Below are positions 36,254-36,957 of a stretch of 36,957 nucleotides of DNA, piece after piece. This DNA is from Pseudomonadota bacterium (GTDB lineage: Bacteria > Pseudomonadota > Alphaproteobacteria > Rhizobiales > Hyphomicrobiaceae), in assembly GCA_039817205.1 (NCBI GenBank), contig JBCBWG010000001.1, positions 1 through 36,957 on the forward strand, in the 5' to 3' direction. Positions within the stretch are counted from its first letter, which is position 1. Each line of letters opens with the position of its first letter. The notes below the pieces were generated by a model that ran no database searches, had not been told where the DNA came from, and worked only from the letters and a program-made list of their open reading frames with translations. A program made the position numbers and the translations under genes.

Positions 36254-36957
36254 GCCAAAGCACAGACCAAACCGCAATGCTCGGCCCCCGATACACCGGG
36301 CTCGCGACCTTCATGCGGGCGCCGCTCGTGTCCAACCTGTCGGACGTCGATATCGCACTCGTCGGCGTTCCGTTTGATGGCGGCGTCACCAACCGGCCGG
36401 GCGCGCGACACGGGCCGCGGGAGGTGCGCAACCAATCGAGCCTTATGCGGTCAATTCATCCGACGACACGTGAGAACCCCTATGAGCAATGTCGGATCGG
36501 TGACTACGGCGATGTGGCCTTTCCAAACCCTTTCGACCTCGAGGCTTGCGTTGAGCAGATCCACACAGCCTATCGAGAAATCGCAGACGCCGGTGTTGTC
36601 CCGCTCACGTGCGGTGGGGATCACTGCATCACTTACCCAATTCTGAAAGCGCTTTCGGGCAGCGAGGCTTTGGGCCTTATCCATATCGATGCCCATACCG
36701 ACACATGGGACCAGTTCGGCGGCAGCAAGTTCATGCACGGCACACCGTTTCGTCGAGCGGTCGAGGCTGGCGCGATCGATCCGAAACGCACGATCCAGAT
36801 CGGCATCCGGGGCGCTCAAAACTCAAGTGAGGGTTGGGACTACTCCGACGCCACGGGCATGAAGGTCGTGTTCATGGACGAGGTCGATCGTCGCGGGATT
36901 GACGCCGTTGCAGCCGAGGCGCGCGCTTGGGTCGGCGACCGACCAACCTACGTCTCA
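36250..36957 (+). CDS. Agmatinase/guanidino-acid hydrolase-family ureohydrolase 2 (3' end outside window)
   Basis: This frame is not in the supplied ORF track. It is open from the GTG at 36250 (GTGA overlap with the upstream stop) to the window end, 236 codons. The translation reads ...MLGPRYTGLATFMRAPL...VGVPFDGGVTNRPGARHGPREVR...CGGDHCITYP...IHIDAHTDTW. Confidence 0.85.
   Translation, partial: MSQSTDQTAMLGPRYTGLATFMRAPLVSNLSDVDIALVGVPFDGGVTNRPGARHGPREVRNQSSLMRSIHPTTRENPYEQCRIGDYGDVAFPNPFDLEACVEQIHTAYREIADAGVVPLTCGGDHCITYPILKALSGSEALGLIHIDAHTDTWDQFGGSKFMHGTPFRRAVEAGAIDPKRTIQIGIRGAQNSSEGWDYSDATGMKVVFMDEVDRRGIDAVAAEARAWVGDRPTYVS

Overview
This is a high-GC, almost gap-free coding window. It looks like ordinary alphaproteobacterial-type chromosome rather than a mobile island, and it holds three metabolic modules.

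(1) 157-13453, minus strand: one co-directional string, urtABCDE-ureDAB-x-ureC-ureEF-x-ureG-OMP, behind a sigma-54-type promoter. Three non-canonical genes are embedded in it: a DUF1311/LprI-like gene, a Cys/His-free CMD-family gene and a beta-barrel OMP gene.

(2) 13682-28914: a complete Paracoccus-type sox thiosulfate-oxidation cluster. soxS-soxR-soxT is divergent from soxVWXYZABCD-cytochrome c-soxF, followed by a second YeeE/YedE permease and two SoxG/H-like metallo-beta-lactamase (MBL)-fold proteins.

(3) 28974-36957: a PotA/D/B/C-like ABC importer, an AGAT-type amidinotransferase, and two overlapping agmatinase-family ureohydrolases. The second ureohydrolase runs off the window and is absent from the supplied ORF track.

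A tRNA 5' fragment sits at the left edge. I saw no CRISPR, IS element, integrase, toxin-antitoxin or recognisable defence genes.

The most unusual content is:
- the amidinotransferase / dual ureohydrolase / importer locus;
- the extra genes translationally coupled inside the urease operon;
- two tandem repeats, 15 bp x5 in frame in soxV and 26 bp x3 across the stop codon of the first MBL gene.

All family calls come from reading motifs by eye. Nothing was searched against a database, and I cannot claim that a new system is demonstrated here.
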